DNA of 64,000 nucleotides from Deltaproteobacteria bacterium RBG_16_49_23 (GTDB taxonomy: Bacteria > Desulfobacterota > BSN033 > UBA1163). The stretch spans positions 1,740 through 65,739 of the forward strand of contig MGQQ01000025.1 of NCBI GenBank assembly GCA_001798855.1, given 5' to 3'. The translations under genes and the position numbers were made by a program. Below the pieces are notes generated by a model, which saw nothing but the letters and a program-made list of their open reading frames with translations, did not search any database and was not told the DNA's origin. Below, piece by piece: positions 20,107 to 33,500 of the stretch; position 1 is the stretch's first letter, and every line of letters begins with the position of its first letter.

Positions 20107-21159
20107 ATGGAACGCTGGCAGAAGATCCTTTCCGAAAGTATCACCGAACCGAAGCAATTGGCCTGTCATGTCTCAATAGACCCCGATTCACTCAGGCCTG
20201 TTGTAGCCCGTTATCCTCTCCGGATCACCCGCACCTATTTAAGCCTTATCCGGGAGATGGATGATCCCATATGGAGGCAGTGCATTCCTGACCCGCGTGA
20301 GCTGGAACAGGACGGCCTTTTGATTGATCCGCTCAACGAAGAAGGGCTCACCTGTGCACCAGGGCTCATCCACCGTTATCCCGACCGGGTCGTTCTACTG
20401 GTTTCTTCCGCCTGCCCGACTTTATGCCGGTTCTGCATGAGGAAAAACAGGATGGGGGATAAAAGAGGCTTTATAAAAGATGACTCATTTGAAGCTGCTG
20501 TGAAGTATATCGAAGGGAGGCCTGCCATACGGGATGTGATCCTTTCGGGAGGCGATCCTCTAATGCTTACCGATGATGAACTGGAAGAGATCCTGATCCG
20601 TCTTCGTAAAATTCCCCGTGTGGAGATTGTCAGGCTCAATACTCGTGCTCCTGTCACACTGCCGGAGCGCATCACCCATCGACTCTGCCGGATGCTGAAA
20701 CGATATCATCCCCTCTATGTGAACACACAGTTCAACCACCCCACAGAAATCACATCCCTGTCGGCACAAGCGTGCGCCCTGCTGGCGAATGCGGGCATCC
20801 CGCTTGGAAATCAGACCGTCTTGCTCAGAGGAGTCAACGATGACCCGGAGGTGATGAAAAGACTGATGCAGAAACTCCTGACCATCAGGGTTCGCCCCTA
20901 TTATATCCACCAGATGGATCTTGTAAAAGGAACAGGCCATTTCCGTACTCCTCTCCAGAAAGGATTAGACATCATGGCAGGATTAAGAGGACACACCTCG
21001 GGCATGGCAACCCCTGCCTATGTCATCGACCTGCCTGGAGGAAAAGGAAAGGTCCCCCTCCTCCCCGACGGTGTGAAAAGACAGGGAAACACTTTCTATC
21101 TGCGCAATTATCTTGGTGAGGTCATCGAATACCCGGATGGCGAAGCGGACAATTGCTAA
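20107..21159 (+). CDS. epmB: EF-P beta-lysylation lysine 2,3-aminomutase (KamA family radical SAM)
   Basis: 350 aa, CPTLCRFCMRKN rSAM motif, KamA-type architecture; divergent from epmA-efp. Confidence 0.85.
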   Translation: MERWQKILSESITEPKQLACHVSIDPDSLRPVVARYPLRITRTYLSLIREMDDPIWRQCIPDPRELEQDGLLIDPLNEEGLTCAPGLIHRYPDRVVLLVSSACPTLCRFCMRKNRMGDKRGFIKDDSFEAAVKYIEGRPAIRDVILSGGDPLMLTDDELEEILIRLRKIPRVEIVRLNTRAPVTLPERITHRLCRMLKRYHPLYVNTQFNHPTEITSLSAQACALLANAGIPLGNQTVLLRGVNDDPEVMKRLMQKLLTIRVRPYYIHQMDLVKGTGHFRTPLQKGLDIMAGLRGHTSGMATPAYVIDLPGGKGKVPLLPDGVKRQGNTFYLRNYLGEVIEYPDGEADNC

Positions 21160-21345
21160 CTGTTACTAAGGAGTCCATAATTGAGAAGACATACTCCTCT
21201 GAAAATCTCCCCTCACCCCTCTTTTCCAAAGAGGGGTAATTCCTCCCTTTGGCAAAAGGAGGGAAGGAGGGATTTATCTTCAGTGTCTATACAATTATGG
21301 ACTGACTAATAAATGCAAATTGAATATTTTGCATTGATCACTTCA

Positions 21346-22317
21346 TCAGAGTTCCTCAGGAGTAAACGCTACCACTTCATCAATCGTTTTTGCATTCAAT
21401 AAAACCATCACCAACCGGTCCACCCCAAGAGCGATTCCCGCCGAGGGGGGCATCTCCTCCAGCTCGGTCAAAAACCTTTCAGGCACGGGATAAATCGCTT
21501 TCCCCAGCAACCGGCGGGTCTCCGTCTCCAATTGAAAAACCTTCCGTTGCTCTTCCGCATCGGCCAATTCCGAGAACGCATTGGCTATCTCCAGGCCTCC
21601 CAGGTAGAGCTCAAATCGTTCTGCCACGGTCTGATCTTCCTCCTTCAACCGTGCCATCGCCCTCCGCTTGGCAGGATAATCATAAATAAAGGTGGGCCTT
21701 TCGATTCCGAGTCGGGGATCAATATCCTGCACCATGACCTCATCGAAAAGGTCCTGTTGGAGAGCCTCCTTCGCTGAAATCTTTGCGTAACGATGAAACG
21801 CCTCTTCGACAGTCATCCTCTCCCAGGGAGACGTAAGGGAAATATTATGCTCCTGGTAAGTTATTTTCTCTTCCATTCCGAGGTCAGTCGCAAGGGTTTG
21901 AATCAATTCCTCACACTCCTCCATGAGAGAGAGATAGTCGCCGCCTTTTCGATACCACTCTAGAAGGGTAAACTCCGGGATGTGCCGGCTCCCCCTCTCC
22001 CTTTCTCTCCAACAGCGACTTATTTGAAAGATCTTTTCATATCCTGCGGCGAGCATTCGCTTCATACAGAGTTCGGGAGAGGGATGGAGAAACCATTTGC
22101 CTGAGGGGACAGAATCGATATGGGATTCCGGAGCGGGAGCAGGAATGCGATGGGGAGTCTCCACTTCCAGGTACCCCCTCTCGCTCAAGAATTGTCTTGT
22201 CTTCTGTATGATCCTTGCCCTCTGCCGGAGGGCGGCCTTTCGCCTGGCCAATGGCCAGTTCTTCGTCACGGACTTATTCCTTGACCCGGGTTGAATATTC
22301 TCCGGTTCGAGTGTCAA
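21346..22317 (-). CDS. epmA: EF-P lysine beta-lysyltransferase (LysRS paralog GenX/PoxA)
   Basis: 323 aa class II aaRS catalytic-core paralog without anticodon-binding domain; RGYLEVETP; precise start uncertain (track start overlaps efp 3' end by 44 nt). Confidence 0.85.
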   Translation of the reverse strand: MTLEPENIQPGSRNKSVTKNWPLARRKAALRQRARIIQKTRQFLSERGYLEVETPHRIPAPAPESHIDSVPSGKWFLHPSPELCMKRMLAAGYEKIFQISRCWRERERGSRHIPEFTLLEWYRKGGDYLSLMEECEELIQTLATDLGMEEKITYQEHNISLTSPWERMTVEEAFHRYAKISAKEALQQDLFDEVMVQDIDPRLGIERPTFIYDYPAKRRAMARLKEEDQTVAERFELYLGGLEIANAFSELADAEEQRKVFQLETETRRLLGKAIYPVPERFLTELEEMPPSAGIALGVDRLVMVLLNAKTIDEVVAFTPEEL

Positions 22318-22837
22318 TGGTGATCAACTCGCCCTCCTGGACAAAGGGAGGAATACGCAGTTCATATCCTGTCTCAATCGTGGCGGGTTTGTAATCGGCC
22401 TTCGAGGTATCGCCTTTGACCCACATCTCTGTCTTGACCACTCTGAGATTGACAAAGTTTGGAAGTTCCACGCCAATGGCCCGCTCTCTGAACATCAATA
22501 CCTTCACATTTAAGTTGTCAATGAGAAAATATTTTGTCTCTCCCAGCGCATCCTCATTGATGATGATCTGTTCGTAGGTTTGATTGTCCATGAAATAGTA
22601 ATGATCACCCTCTTTATATAGATACTGCATGGGCCTCTCTTCCAATGAGGCGTGTTCGAAGGTATCTCCCTCGCGATAGGTTCGATCGATGGTGAATCCG
22701 GTGATCATATTTTTCAGTTTTGTCCTGTAAAGGGCTTGGCCTTTCCCCGGTTTGGAGAATTCAAAAACCGTGACGACATAAGGCTCATTATCGATCGTGA
22801 CCTTCAAACCCTTTCTTAAATCCGAAGCTGTGTACAT
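22274..22837 (-). CDS. efp: Elongation factor P
   Basis: 187 aa MYTASDLRKGLKVTIDNEPYVVTVFEFSKPGKGQALYRTKLKNMITG; conserved modified Lys in KPGKGQA loop. Confidence 0.95.
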   Translation of the reverse strand: MYTASDLRKGLKVTIDNEPYVVTVFEFSKPGKGQALYRTKLKNMITGFTIDRTYREGDTFEHASLEERPMQYLYKEGDHYYFMDNQTYEQIIINEDALGETKYFLIDNLNVKVLMFRERAIGVELPNFVNLRVVKTEMWVKGDTSKADYKPATIETGYELRIPPFVQEGELITIDTRTGEYSTRVKE

Positions 22838-22860
22838 AGTTCAACCTTTCTTTTTTGTAA

Positions 22861-23030
22861 CAATTTAGCTGTTTGAAGAAACTTGTAAAATCCCTCCCCA
22901 CCTCCCTTTGCCCCCCGGGTCAGAGACCGCTCTGGGTCGGAGACCAAAGGGAGGAAAAGGAATTTCCCCCTTTTGACAAAGGGGGATGAAGGGGGATTAG
23001 ATATTTTTTTAAAGCGCTAAAGTGATACCC
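22861..23030. repeat. Modular palindromic intergenic repeat, copy A (~170 bp)
   Basis: >95% identical to 23674-23842; contains nested inverted repeats cctcccttt..aaagggagg and cccccttttgacaaaggggg. Confidence 0.9.
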
Positions 23031-23106
23031 TTTTTAAAATTCACGAATGGAACGAATAACTAATCGTTCGGTATTATTCGTTATCATTCGCCCAATTCGC
23101 TTTAGG

Positions 23107-23619
23107 TTAAAAATTATAAAAGAACCGGTTACGCATCCGCTCAGCCATAAACCTTCCCAGCAATTGAATGGCCGCGGCCTTGTTCGATTCGCTGACGAGA
23201 ATATTTTGAGAGGTGCGATAGACTCTGGTGTCGGAAAGATCCTTCTCCATCCAGAGGATTTCCCCGGTCTTCTTTCTTAACGTTAAATCGATGACCACCG
23301 CAGTCTGGTATTCCTGGGCAATTCCGGACCGGTCATAGGAGACCGAATAGATCTGAAAGGATTTAATCACCCCTTCCAGAACAGAATCCGCTTCATCCCG
23401 CCCAACTACCTTCACCCTCCGGTCTTGAATAAATTCCCTCAAAAAACCCTGTGTGAAAGGGACCTCAATGCCGGGCTCAAAGGTCTGGTTGACAAAGGTG
23501 GGGATGGCGAGAGAGGCAATGCCGGGTGGACGATGGGTATCCTTTCCAACCATCTGGTATCCACAACCTGCCAATAGAACGATACAAACAATAGAAAGAA
23601 ACTTTTTCAAAAATTGCAT
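23107..23619 (-). CDS. lptE: LPS-assembly lipoprotein LptE (RlpB)-like
   Basis: Lipobox LLAGC after MQFLKKFLSIVCIVL; ~170 aa; position between leuS and (distant) holA mirrors the conserved leuS-lptE-holA arrangement; sequence similarity itself is weak so call leans on context. Confidence 0.6.
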   Translation of the reverse strand: MQFLKKFLSIVCIVLLAGCGYQMVGKDTHRPPGIASLAIPTFVNQTFEPGIEVPFTQGFLREFIQDRRVKVVGRDEADSVLEGVIKSFQIYSVSYDRSGIAQEYQTAVVIDLTLRKKTGEILWMEKDLSDTRVYRTSQNILVSESNKAAAIQLLGRFMAERMRNRFFYNF

Positions 23620-23673
23620 AGCAGCTTGGACCCTTTCTCCAAAATTCCAATAACCAAATTCCAATCACCGTAA

Positions 23674-23842
23674 CAATTTAGCTGTTTGAAAAACTTTTAA
23701 AATCCCTCCCCGCCTCCCTTTGCCCCCCGGGTCAGAGACCGCTCTGGGTCGGAGACCAAAGGGAGGAAAAGGGATTTCCCCCTTTTGACAAAGGGGGATG
23801 AAGGGGGATTAGATATTTTTTTCAAAGCGCTAAAGTGATACC
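23674..23842. repeat. Modular palindromic intergenic repeat, copy B (~170 bp)
   Basis: Direct repeat of copy A, flanking lptE on the other side. Confidence 0.9.
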
Positions 23843-23954
23843 AATCACCAAATAATAACCAATTATCCAGGCACCAATTATTATTATTTTTTGGTTATTG
23901 AAAATTGGAGCTTATTTGATTATTGGGATTTGGTGATTGGTTATTCCCAAACAA

Positions 23955-26552
23955 TCAACATACAATATTGACCAGTTTCTGAGGCACGAGGATCACCCGT
24001 TTGATCGCTTTGCCCGCAACCAGTTTTTGAATCCTCTCGCTCTTCAAAGCCCAGGTCTTGATCTCTTCCTCTCCATAAGAGGCGGGCACCGTGATGCGGT
24101 CTCTCACTTTTCCATGGACCTGGACGACGATCAGAACTTCATCCTCCGAGACAGCCTCCGGATCATAATCGGGCCAGTCCTTCTTGATGACAGATTCCTT
24201 ATTCCCCAAACCCTCCCAGAGTTCCTCGGCGAAGTGGGGAACGAATGGCGAAAGCAGGATGATGGCTGCTTCAATCGCCTCTCTCATCAACCTTCTTGAG
24301 GTTTCATCCTCCCTGTTCTTCACCTCCGAGGTATAGATTTCGTTCACCAGTTCCATGATCGCGCTGATGGCCGTGTTGAAATGAAATCGCTCGATATCCT
24401 CGGTCACCTTCTTGATCGTCTTATGGGTTTTCTGGCGGAGGAGTTTTGCATCACCCTCTAACGAAGTCCCGAAAGGAAGGGAAGCCGCATCTCGGAGCCG
24501 GGAATGCTGTTCGGAAAAGAGCCTCCATACCCGGTTGAGAAAACGGAACGACCCTTCCACACCCAGATCGCTCCAGTCCAGGTCTTTTTCGGGTGGGGCG
24601 GCAAAGAGGCAGAAGATTCTTGCCGTATCCGCGCCAAACTTTTCGACCAGATACTCCGGATCGACCACATTCCTCTTTGACTTCGACATCTTCTCAAGCC
24701 TTCCTGCAGTGACCTGGCCGCCGCACTTGCGGCAGCGAAAGGCCTCTCCTTCCCTCTCCACTTCATCAGGGAAGAGATATCCATCCTTCGGACACTCCAG
24801 AACCTCTTTGCAAACCATTCCCTGAGTGAGGAGGTTGGTGAAGGGTTCCTTGACGCTCAACCATCCCATCTCCTTCAGGACGCGGGTGAAGAAGCGGGAA
24901 TAGAGGAGGTGGAGAATGGCATGCTCAATGCCGCCGATGTATTGATCCACAGGCATCCAGTAATCAACCCTCTTCTTATCGAGAGGCCCTTCATGATAGT
25001 CCGGGCAGGCAAATCGATCAAAATACCATGAGGATTCGACAAAGGTGTCCATGGTGTCCGTTTCTCTGCGGCCCGCTCCGCCGCATTTGGGACATCTTGC
25101 TTCAACAAACTCTTTTGCGCTTACCAGAGGCGATTCCCCCATTCCTGTGACTTCCACATCGGACGGAAGGAGGACAGGAAGGTCCCTTTCTGGAACCGGA
25201 ACAGTCCCGCACTTCTCACAGTATATAATAGGAATGGGAGCTCCCCAGTAACGCTGCCTGGAGATCCCCCAATCCCTCAACCGGTAACTGATCTTCTCTC
25301 CGCCTAATCCTTTCTCCTCGAGGTGCTTTGCAATCTCCTCCCTCGCCTTCATGCTGCTCATTCCATTAAACTTCCCTGAGTTGACCAGACCCCCCTCTCC
25401 CTCATAGGCTTGGGTCATGGTGTTCGCATTCAAGGCTTGATCTTCCTGCTGAATCACAACGATGAGAGGAAGTCCGTACTGCTTGGCAAATTCAAAATCT
25501 CTCTGGTCATGGGTGGGAACAGCCATTACAGCGCCTGTCCCGTATTCCATCAGGACAAAATTGGCAACGAAGATGGGCATTCTGGCCTCTGTCACCGGAT
25601 TGAGGCAATAACCGCCCGTGAAGACACCCTCTTTCTCCGTTGTGGGAGAGGTCCTCTTCATCCGGTCTTGCCGTTTCATCTTCTCGACAAAATCCTTCAC
25701 CTCTTTCTCCTGGGCGGTCCCCTTCGAAAGGGTCAGGGCAAGAGGATGCTCCGGAGCAAGGCTCATAAAGGTAGCGCCAAAGACCGTGTCCTGCCGGGTG
25801 GTGAAGACCTTGATCGTTTCCTTTGAATGCTCCAGAGGAAAATGAATCTCGGCTCCAATCGACTTTCCAATCCAGTTTCTCTGCATGGTGAGGACGCGCT
25901 CCGGCCATCCGGGAAGTTTATCGCACCACTCCAGGAGGTCCTCGGCATAATCGGTGATCTTGAAGAACCATTGTTCCAGATCCTTCTGGGTGACCCCCGG
26001 ATCATCGGCATGGCCCCGCCAGCAGGTCCCGTCGCCCATCACCTGCTCGTTGGCCAGAACGGTCTTGCAGATTTCACACCAGTTGACCGTGGACCGTTTC
26101 TTATAGGCCAGTCCCTTTTCATACATTTTCAGGAAGAAGAGCTGTTCCCACCGGTAGTACGAGGCATCACAGGTGGCAAACTCCCGGTCCCAGTCATAAC
26201 TGATGCCCATTCGCTTCAACTGCCTCTTCATGTATTCGATATTCTCATAGGTCCATTTGGCAGGATGGACACCGTGTTCGATGGCGGCATTCTCTGCGGG
26301 CATCCCAAAAGCATCCCATGCCATGGGATGAAGGACATTAAACCCTTTCATCTTCTTGTACCGTGCAACGACATCGCCAATGGAGTAGTTACGCACATGG
26401 CCCATGTGGATCTTACCCGATGGATAGGGAAACATCTCAAGAAGATAATACTTCTTCCTGTTCTCATCTTCCGTCACTTTGAAGAGCTTCAGATTCTCCC
26501 AGACCCTCTGCCATTTCTCTTCAATCTCTTTCGGGCTATACTTCGAATTCAT
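23955..26552 (-). CDS. leuS: Leucine--tRNA ligase
   Basis: 865 aa; [16 protein letters not shown] (HIGH), KMSKS present, CP1 editing domain length. Confidence 0.97.
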   Translation of the reverse strand: MNSKYSPKEIEEKWQRVWENLKLFKVTEDENRKKYYLLEMFPYPSGKIHMGHVRNYSIGDVVARYKKMKGFNVLHPMAWDAFGMPAENAAIEHGVHPAKWTYENIEYMKRQLKRMGISYDWDREFATCDASYYRWEQLFFLKMYEKGLAYKKRSTVNWCEICKTVLANEQVMGDGTCWRGHADDPGVTQKDLEQWFFKITDYAEDLLEWCDKLPGWPERVLTMQRNWIGKSIGAEIHFPLEHSKETIKVFTTRQDTVFGATFMSLAPEHPLALTLSKGTAQEKEVKDFVEKMKRQDRMKRTSPTTEKEGVFTGGYCLNPVTEARMPIFVANFVLMEYGTGAVMAVPTHDQRDFEFAKQYGLPLIVVIQQEDQALNANTMTQAYEGEGGLVNSGKFNGMSSMKAREEIAKHLEEKGLGGEKISYRLRDWGISRQRYWGAPIPIIYCEKCGTVPVPERDLPVLLPSDVEVTGMGESPLVSAKEFVEARCPKCGGAGRRETDTMDTFVESSWYFDRFACPDYHEGPLDKKRVDYWMPVDQYIGGIEHAILHLLYSRFFTRVLKEMGWLSVKEPFTNLLTQGMVCKEVLECPKDGYLFPDEVEREGEAFRCRKCGGQVTAGRLEKMSKSKRNVVDPEYLVEKFGADTARIFCLFAAPPEKDLDWSDLGVEGSFRFLNRVWRLFSEQHSRLRDAASLPFGTSLEGDAKLLRQKTHKTIKKVTEDIERFHFNTAISAIMELVNEIYTSEVKNREDETSRRLMREAIEAAIILLSPFVPHFAEELWEGLGNKESVIKKDWPDYDPEAVSEDEVLIVVQVHGKVRDRITVPASYGEEEIKTWALKSERIQKLVAGKAIKRVILVPQKLVNIVC

Positions 26553-26648
26553 GCCTTCCTCGTCATTGGTCCATTGAGTTATCGGGTTATTGAGTTATTG
26601 GGTTTTCTTGATGCAACTCATAACTCTTAACTCATAATTCTAAACTCG

Positions 26649-27851
26649 TTATCCTCTCATCATCCTTCTAATTCGAAGTCTTAAGGCGTTCAGCTTGATA
26701 AAACCCTCCGCATCTTTCTGATTGTAGACGGTGTCCCTTTCAAAGGTCGCAAAGGCCCCGTGGTAGAGAGACTTCTCCGATTTTCGGCCGATCACCGTGC
26801 AATTTCCTTTATAGAGTTTCAGCCGGACTGCACCGGTGACATTCTTCTGCATCTCATCGAGCGCCTTCTTCAGAACATCCATTTCCGGTGAAAACCAGTA
26901 ACCATAATAAATGAGCTCCGAGATCTTCGGAATCAGGCTATCCCGCAGATGCATCACCTCCCGGTCCATCGTCATCGACTCAACAGCCCGGTGGGCGGTG
27001 TAGAGAATCGTCCCCCCGGGCGTCTCATAAACTCCTCTTGACTTCATTCCCACGTAGCGGTTCTCCACCATGTCGACACGCCCAATGCCATTCCTGCCTC
27101 CTATCTCATTCAACCGGGCCAGCAGGTTCGCAGGCGAAAGCTCCTGGCCGTCAACCCGCTTTGGAATGCCGTCCTCAAAATCGATTTCGACCACCGTGGG
27201 ACGATCCGGCGCCTTTTCAGGTGAGACAGAGAGGATAAACATATTCTCAGGCGGCTCTGCCCAGGGGTCTTCGAGAATCCCTCCCTCAAAACTGATGTGA
27301 AGGAGATTCCGGTCGGACGAGTAGGGTTTCTCTTTTGTGACCGGGATGGGAATGCCGTTCTCACGTGCATAAGCCATCAACTCCTCACGCGATGTGAATT
27401 TCCATTCTCTCCAGGGAGAGATCACCCGGACATAAGGATTGAGGGCATAGTAGGTCAGCTCAAATCGAACCTGATCATTCCCCTTCCCGGTGGACCCATG
27501 AGCCACGGCATCCGCTCCCTCCAGCTGGGCGATCTCGATCTGTCTCTTTGCGATCAGGGGTCGGGCAATGGAGGTGCCAAGGAGGTAAGTCCCCTCATAA
27601 ACGGCATTGGCCTTCAGCGCTGTGAAAACAAAATCCCGTACGAACTCCTCCCGGAGGTCTTCAATATAGACCTTGCTTGCGCCTGTTGAGATCGCCTTCT
27701 CCTCCAGGTGGTCCAGTTCTTCTGCCTGTCCGATATCCGCGGTAAAAGCAATCACCTCGCATCCGAACTCATTCTTCAACCACTTCAGAATGATAGACGT
27801 ATCCAGGCCGCCTGAGTAAGCCAGAACCACTTTTTTCACTTCACCTTTCAT
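26649..27851 (-). CDS. argG: Argininosuccinate synthase
   Basis: [20 protein letters not shown]-loop; 400 aa. Confidence 0.95.
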   Translation of the reverse strand: MKGEVKKVVLAYSGGLDTSIILKWLKNEFGCEVIAFTADIGQAEELDHLEEKAISTGASKVYIEDLREEFVRDFVFTALKANAVYEGTYLLGTSIARPLIAKRQIEIAQLEGADAVAHGSTGKGNDQVRFELTYYALNPYVRVISPWREWKFTSREELMAYARENGIPIPVTKEKPYSSDRNLLHISFEGGILEDPWAEPPENMFILSVSPEKAPDRPTVVEIDFEDGIPKRVDGQELSPANLLARLNEIGGRNGIGRVDMVENRYVGMKSRGVYETPGGTILYTAHRAVESMTMDREVMHLRDSLIPKISELIYYGYWFSPEMDVLKKALDEMQKNVTGAVRLKLYKGNCTVIGRKSEKSLYHGAFATFERDTVYNQKDAEGFIKLNALRLRIRRMMRG

Positions 27852-27918
27852 TGAAACCTCCTTACCAAGTCAATGGTCAATATTCAATGGTCAATTGGCA
27901 ATTGTCATTAATCATTGT

Positions 27919-29148
27919 TTATTGGTCATTGACTGTTGATAATTGATCATTGTTAATTTTTTTAAAGACTCCTTCCAACGCCTTGATCATCCGGTCCACT
28001 TCTTCCTCCGTGACGATGAGAGGGGGTAGGAACCGCAGCACATTGTTCATCGTGCAATTGATGAGAAACCCCTTCTGCATCATCTCCCTGACGATCCCCG
28101 CTCCCTCCATTTTCAGTTCCAGGCCGAGGATTAATCCTCTTCCACGGACATCCTGTACAAAAGGAAATTTCTTCTTGACTTCCTCGAGTCTGGAAAGGAA
28201 GTATTCCCCGACCCTCCGGCAATTCTCCAGCATCCCTTCCTCCAGGATCGCATTCAGGGCAGCCACACCCGCTGCCATTGCCAGAAAATTTCCTCCAAAG
28301 GTGGAGGCATGATCTCCCGGCTCAAAACTTTTGGCAATCTCTTCCCTGATCAACAGGGCTCCGATGGGAACGCCTCCTGCCAGCGATTTGGCAAGGGTGA
28401 GCATATCCGGCTCGATGTTCTCATGCTCATAGGCGAAGAGTTTTCCGGTCCTTCCCATCCCAACCTGGACTTCATCCAGAATGAGAAGGACCCCCTTCTC
28501 ATCGCAGGTCTCCCGGAGTGACTTGAGATAGCCCTCGGAAGGAATATTGACTCCCCCTTCCCCCTGGATTGGCTCCAAAAGCACGGCGCAGGTCTTCGGC
28601 CCGATCGCGTCTCTCACCGCTTTGAGATCATTGAAAGGGACATATTTAAAACCAGGCATCAGAGGTCCATAGCCTTTGTGATACTTTTTTTGAGCCGTGG
28701 CCGTCAGGGTGGCGAGTGTTCTTCCATGAAAGGAGTTTTCCATGGTGATCACTTCGTATCGATCCTCTCCGATCTTCTCCTTTGCATATTTTCTTGCGAG
28801 TTTCAGCGCTCCTTCATTGGCCTCTGCCCCGCTGTTGCAGAAAAAGACCTTGCCGGCAAAGGAGTGTTCACAGAGAAGAGAAGCCAACTGGATCTGGGGT
28901 TCGATGTAGTAGAGATTTGAGACATGGATCAGTTTTTCCGCCTGATCCTGAATCGCCTTCACGACCTTCGGATGGCAGTGGCCCAGATTGCACACCGCAA
29001 GCCCTGCAAAAAAATCGATATACTCTTTCCCCTCGAGATCCCAAACCCGGGTCCCCTTCCCCCTGACCGGAAGGATGGGAAAACGGTTATAGGTGTGGGC
29101 GATATACTTTTCCGATAACATCATCAAGGTCTGAGAATCCATAACCAC
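27919..29148 (-). CDS. argD: Acetylornithine aminotransferase
   Basis: Class III PLP aminotransferase; KYIAHTYNRFPILPVRGKGTRVWDLEGKEYIDF; LILDEVQVGMGRTGKLFA. Confidence 0.9.
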   Translation of the reverse strand: MVMDSQTLMMLSEKYIAHTYNRFPILPVRGKGTRVWDLEGKEYIDFFAGLAVCNLGHCHPKVVKAIQDQAEKLIHVSNLYYIEPQIQLASLLCEHSFAGKVFFCNSGAEANEGALKLARKYAKEKIGEDRYEVITMENSFHGRTLATLTATAQKKYHKGYGPLMPGFKYVPFNDLKAVRDAIGPKTCAVLLEPIQGEGGVNIPSEGYLKSLRETCDEKGVLLILDEVQVGMGRTGKLFAYEHENIEPDMLTLAKSLAGGVPIGALLIREEIAKSFEPGDHASTFGGNFLAMAAGVAALNAILEEGMLENCRRVGEYFLSRLEEVKKKFPFVQDVRGRGLILGLELKMEGAGIVREMMQKGFLINCTMNNVLRFLPPLIVTEEEVDRMIKALEGVFKKINNDQLSTVNDQ

Positions 29149-29241
29149 TCCTTTAACCGGAAAAATGGAATGTTGGAATAATGGGTCATATTCTAGAATA
29201 AACCTGTCATGTCAGTATTCCAGTGTTCCATTATTCCAGAG

Positions 29242-30144
<903 letters not shown>

Positions 30145-30236
30145 TCATCAATAAAATGTGACATTCTGATTTAAGATTTCAAATTGCAGATTGCGGATTT
30201 TTCAATCTGAAATCTAAAATCTAAAATTTGAAATTC

Positions 30237-31564
<1,328 letters not shown>

Positions 31565-31568
<4 letters not shown>

Positions 31569-32110
31569 AACTCCTCGATGAGGATGCGGTCATTGGTGTA
31601 AATGCAGATGGAAGCCGCTATCTTCATTGACTCCTCTGCAATGGCTCTCGCATCTAAGTCTGAGAACTGGATCAGGGCTTTGGCCGCAGCTTGGGCATAA
31701 GGCCCGCCGCTCCCGATGGCAGTCACCCCGTCGTCCGGTTCGATGACATCTCCGTTGCCGGAGATGACCAGGGAATGATCTTTGTCCGCAATGATGAGCA
31801 GGGCCTCGAGCCTCCTCAGGATACGGTCCGTTCTCCAATCCTTGGCCAGCTCCACCGCCGCCCTGAGCAGGTTCCCGTTATACTGTTCCAGCTTCTCCTC
31901 AAATTTGGCAAAGAGGGTGAAGGCATCCGCAGTCGCACCTGCAAATCCGGCAAGGACCCTGTCCTGGTAGATCCTTCGAACCTTTCTCGCCGTGTGCTTC
32001 ATTACCGTATGCTCAAGGGTGACCTGTCCATCTCCTGCCATAACGACCTTTCCTTTATGCCGGATACATATAATGGTCGTCCCATGCATTTTGTGCATCA
32101 GATTCTCCAT
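31565..32110 (-). CDS. hslV: ATP-dependent protease subunit HslV (N-terminal extension before catalytic Thr)
   Basis: ...[37 protein letters not shown]; 4-nt overlap with hslU. Confidence 0.93.
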
Positions 32111-32285
32111 AGTTCACCATTCATGGTTTATCGTTCATGGTTCATGGTTCATCGTCCGTCGTCTACCTTAAATCTTCCAACCTCATAACGCCCCCCAACC
32201 CCCTCTTATAACCCCCCCCTCTATTCCCCCCTTAGTTTAAGGGGGGAATAGAGGGGGGTTAGGGCGTTACATCGTCTATCGTCTG

Positions 32286-33272
32286 TTACTCATCACCTTT
32301 TGCTCTATCCCCCGCGCTCTTTCCCCTATGGAAACTGCGGGGATGTGCTTTATCGTAAACCTCCATCAATTTGCCCAGGCTGAGGTGGATATACCTCTGA
32401 GTCGTCGAAAGGCTCGCATGCCCCAGCATCTCCTGAATCTCCCGGATATCGGCCCCTGCATCCAAAAGATGAGTGGCAAAGCTATGCCGGAGACTGTGAG
32501 GGCTCACTCTTCGGACAATACCCGAAGACCTCGTATACTGCTTGATCAACCTTCCAACGCTCCGGCTGGTCAGTCTTCCTCCTCTCAGGTTGATGAAGAG
32601 GGCCCCTTCGTCCTCCGGGTTCCCCCGCCGTTCCAGATAAGCGTTGAGGGCTTCGATGGCCTTTTTGCCGATGGGGACAATCCGCTCCTTTCTCCCCTTT
32701 CCCATCACCCGTACGATCCCGAGACGGAGATCCAGATGTTTTAAATTCAGCCCTACCAGTTCCCCCACTCTTAACCCACTCGAATAGAGAAGTTCCAGAA
32801 TGGCCCGGTCCCTGACCGCCCTTTTCTTTGCCTCTGCCTTGGAAGGTTTCTCAGAAGACCTACCGGGTGATTCCATGAGCCGGAATGCCTCATCTACGGT
32901 GAGGGTGGCAGGCAGATATTTCTCTACTTTGGGCGTCGAGACAGCCTTTGCCGGATTGGAAGAAACGAGTTTTTCCTTCGCCAGATATCGGAAGAAGGAT
33001 CGGAGAGTGGATATCTTTCTCGCAATCGAGCTCTTCTTATTTTTTCGGTGAAGAACACTGAGATATTTCCGGATAACGATCCGGTCCACTTTTTCCATCT
33101 CCGGTTTTCCCCGCAGGGAAATTTCCCCGCCTTGACTCTTTAAAAAATTTTCGAACTCTTCCAGGTCTTTTTGATAGCACCGGCAGGTATGGGGAGAGGC
33201 ATTCTTCTCCGCCGATAGGTAATGGATAAATTGCTGGATGAGGTCATCCTGCCCTGGGGAATCAGCGCCCAT
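32286..33272 (-). CDS. xerC: Tyrosine recombinase XerC
   Basis: 328 aa; N-terminal SAM-like domain, C-terminal R..HxxR..Y catalytic region (HSLRHSFATHLL); conserved xerC-hslVU linkage. Confidence 0.88.
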   Translation of the reverse strand: MGADSPGQDDLIQQFIHYLSAEKNASPHTCRCYQKDLEEFENFLKSQGGEISLRGKPEMEKVDRIVIRKYLSVLHRKNKKSSIARKISTLRSFFRYLAKEKLVSSNPAKAVSTPKVEKYLPATLTVDEAFRLMESPGRSSEKPSKAEAKKRAVRDRAILELLYSSGLRVGELVGLNLKHLDLRLGIVRVMGKGRKERIVPIGKKAIEALNAYLERRGNPEDEGALFINLRGGRLTSRSVGRLIKQYTRSSGIVRRVSPHSLRHSFATHLLDAGADIREIQEMLGHASLSTTQRYIHLSLGKLMEVYDKAHPRSFHRGKSAGDRAKGDE

Positions 33273-33500
33273 TTTATCCGCCTGGAATCCTGAACTTTAT
33301 GAAAAAGCCGTTAAAAAAGAATTTTATAACACAAATTTCAAATTTATCAATAAGATTTTGATGCAACCCATCAATTTTTCTTCACTTTTAACACAAGTGA
33401 GCATTGATATTCATGTACTTATTTTTTCATTGACATTATAAAGTATTTTTGTGTAAACTTTCTAATATAAACTCAATTTAAAAAGAAGGAGGTGAGAGAA

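Noticed and set aside
22274-22317. Overlap of efp 3' end with epmA longest ORF as evidence for frameshift or fusion
   Set aside because: More simply explained by an over-extended epmA start in the six-frame track; both ORFs are intact in their own frames
32286-33272. Tyrosine recombinase as marker of an integrated mobile element next to the dodecin islet
   Set aside because: Gene is in the widely conserved xerC-hslV-hslU arrangement, so it is the chromosomal dimer-resolution XerC, not a phage integrase
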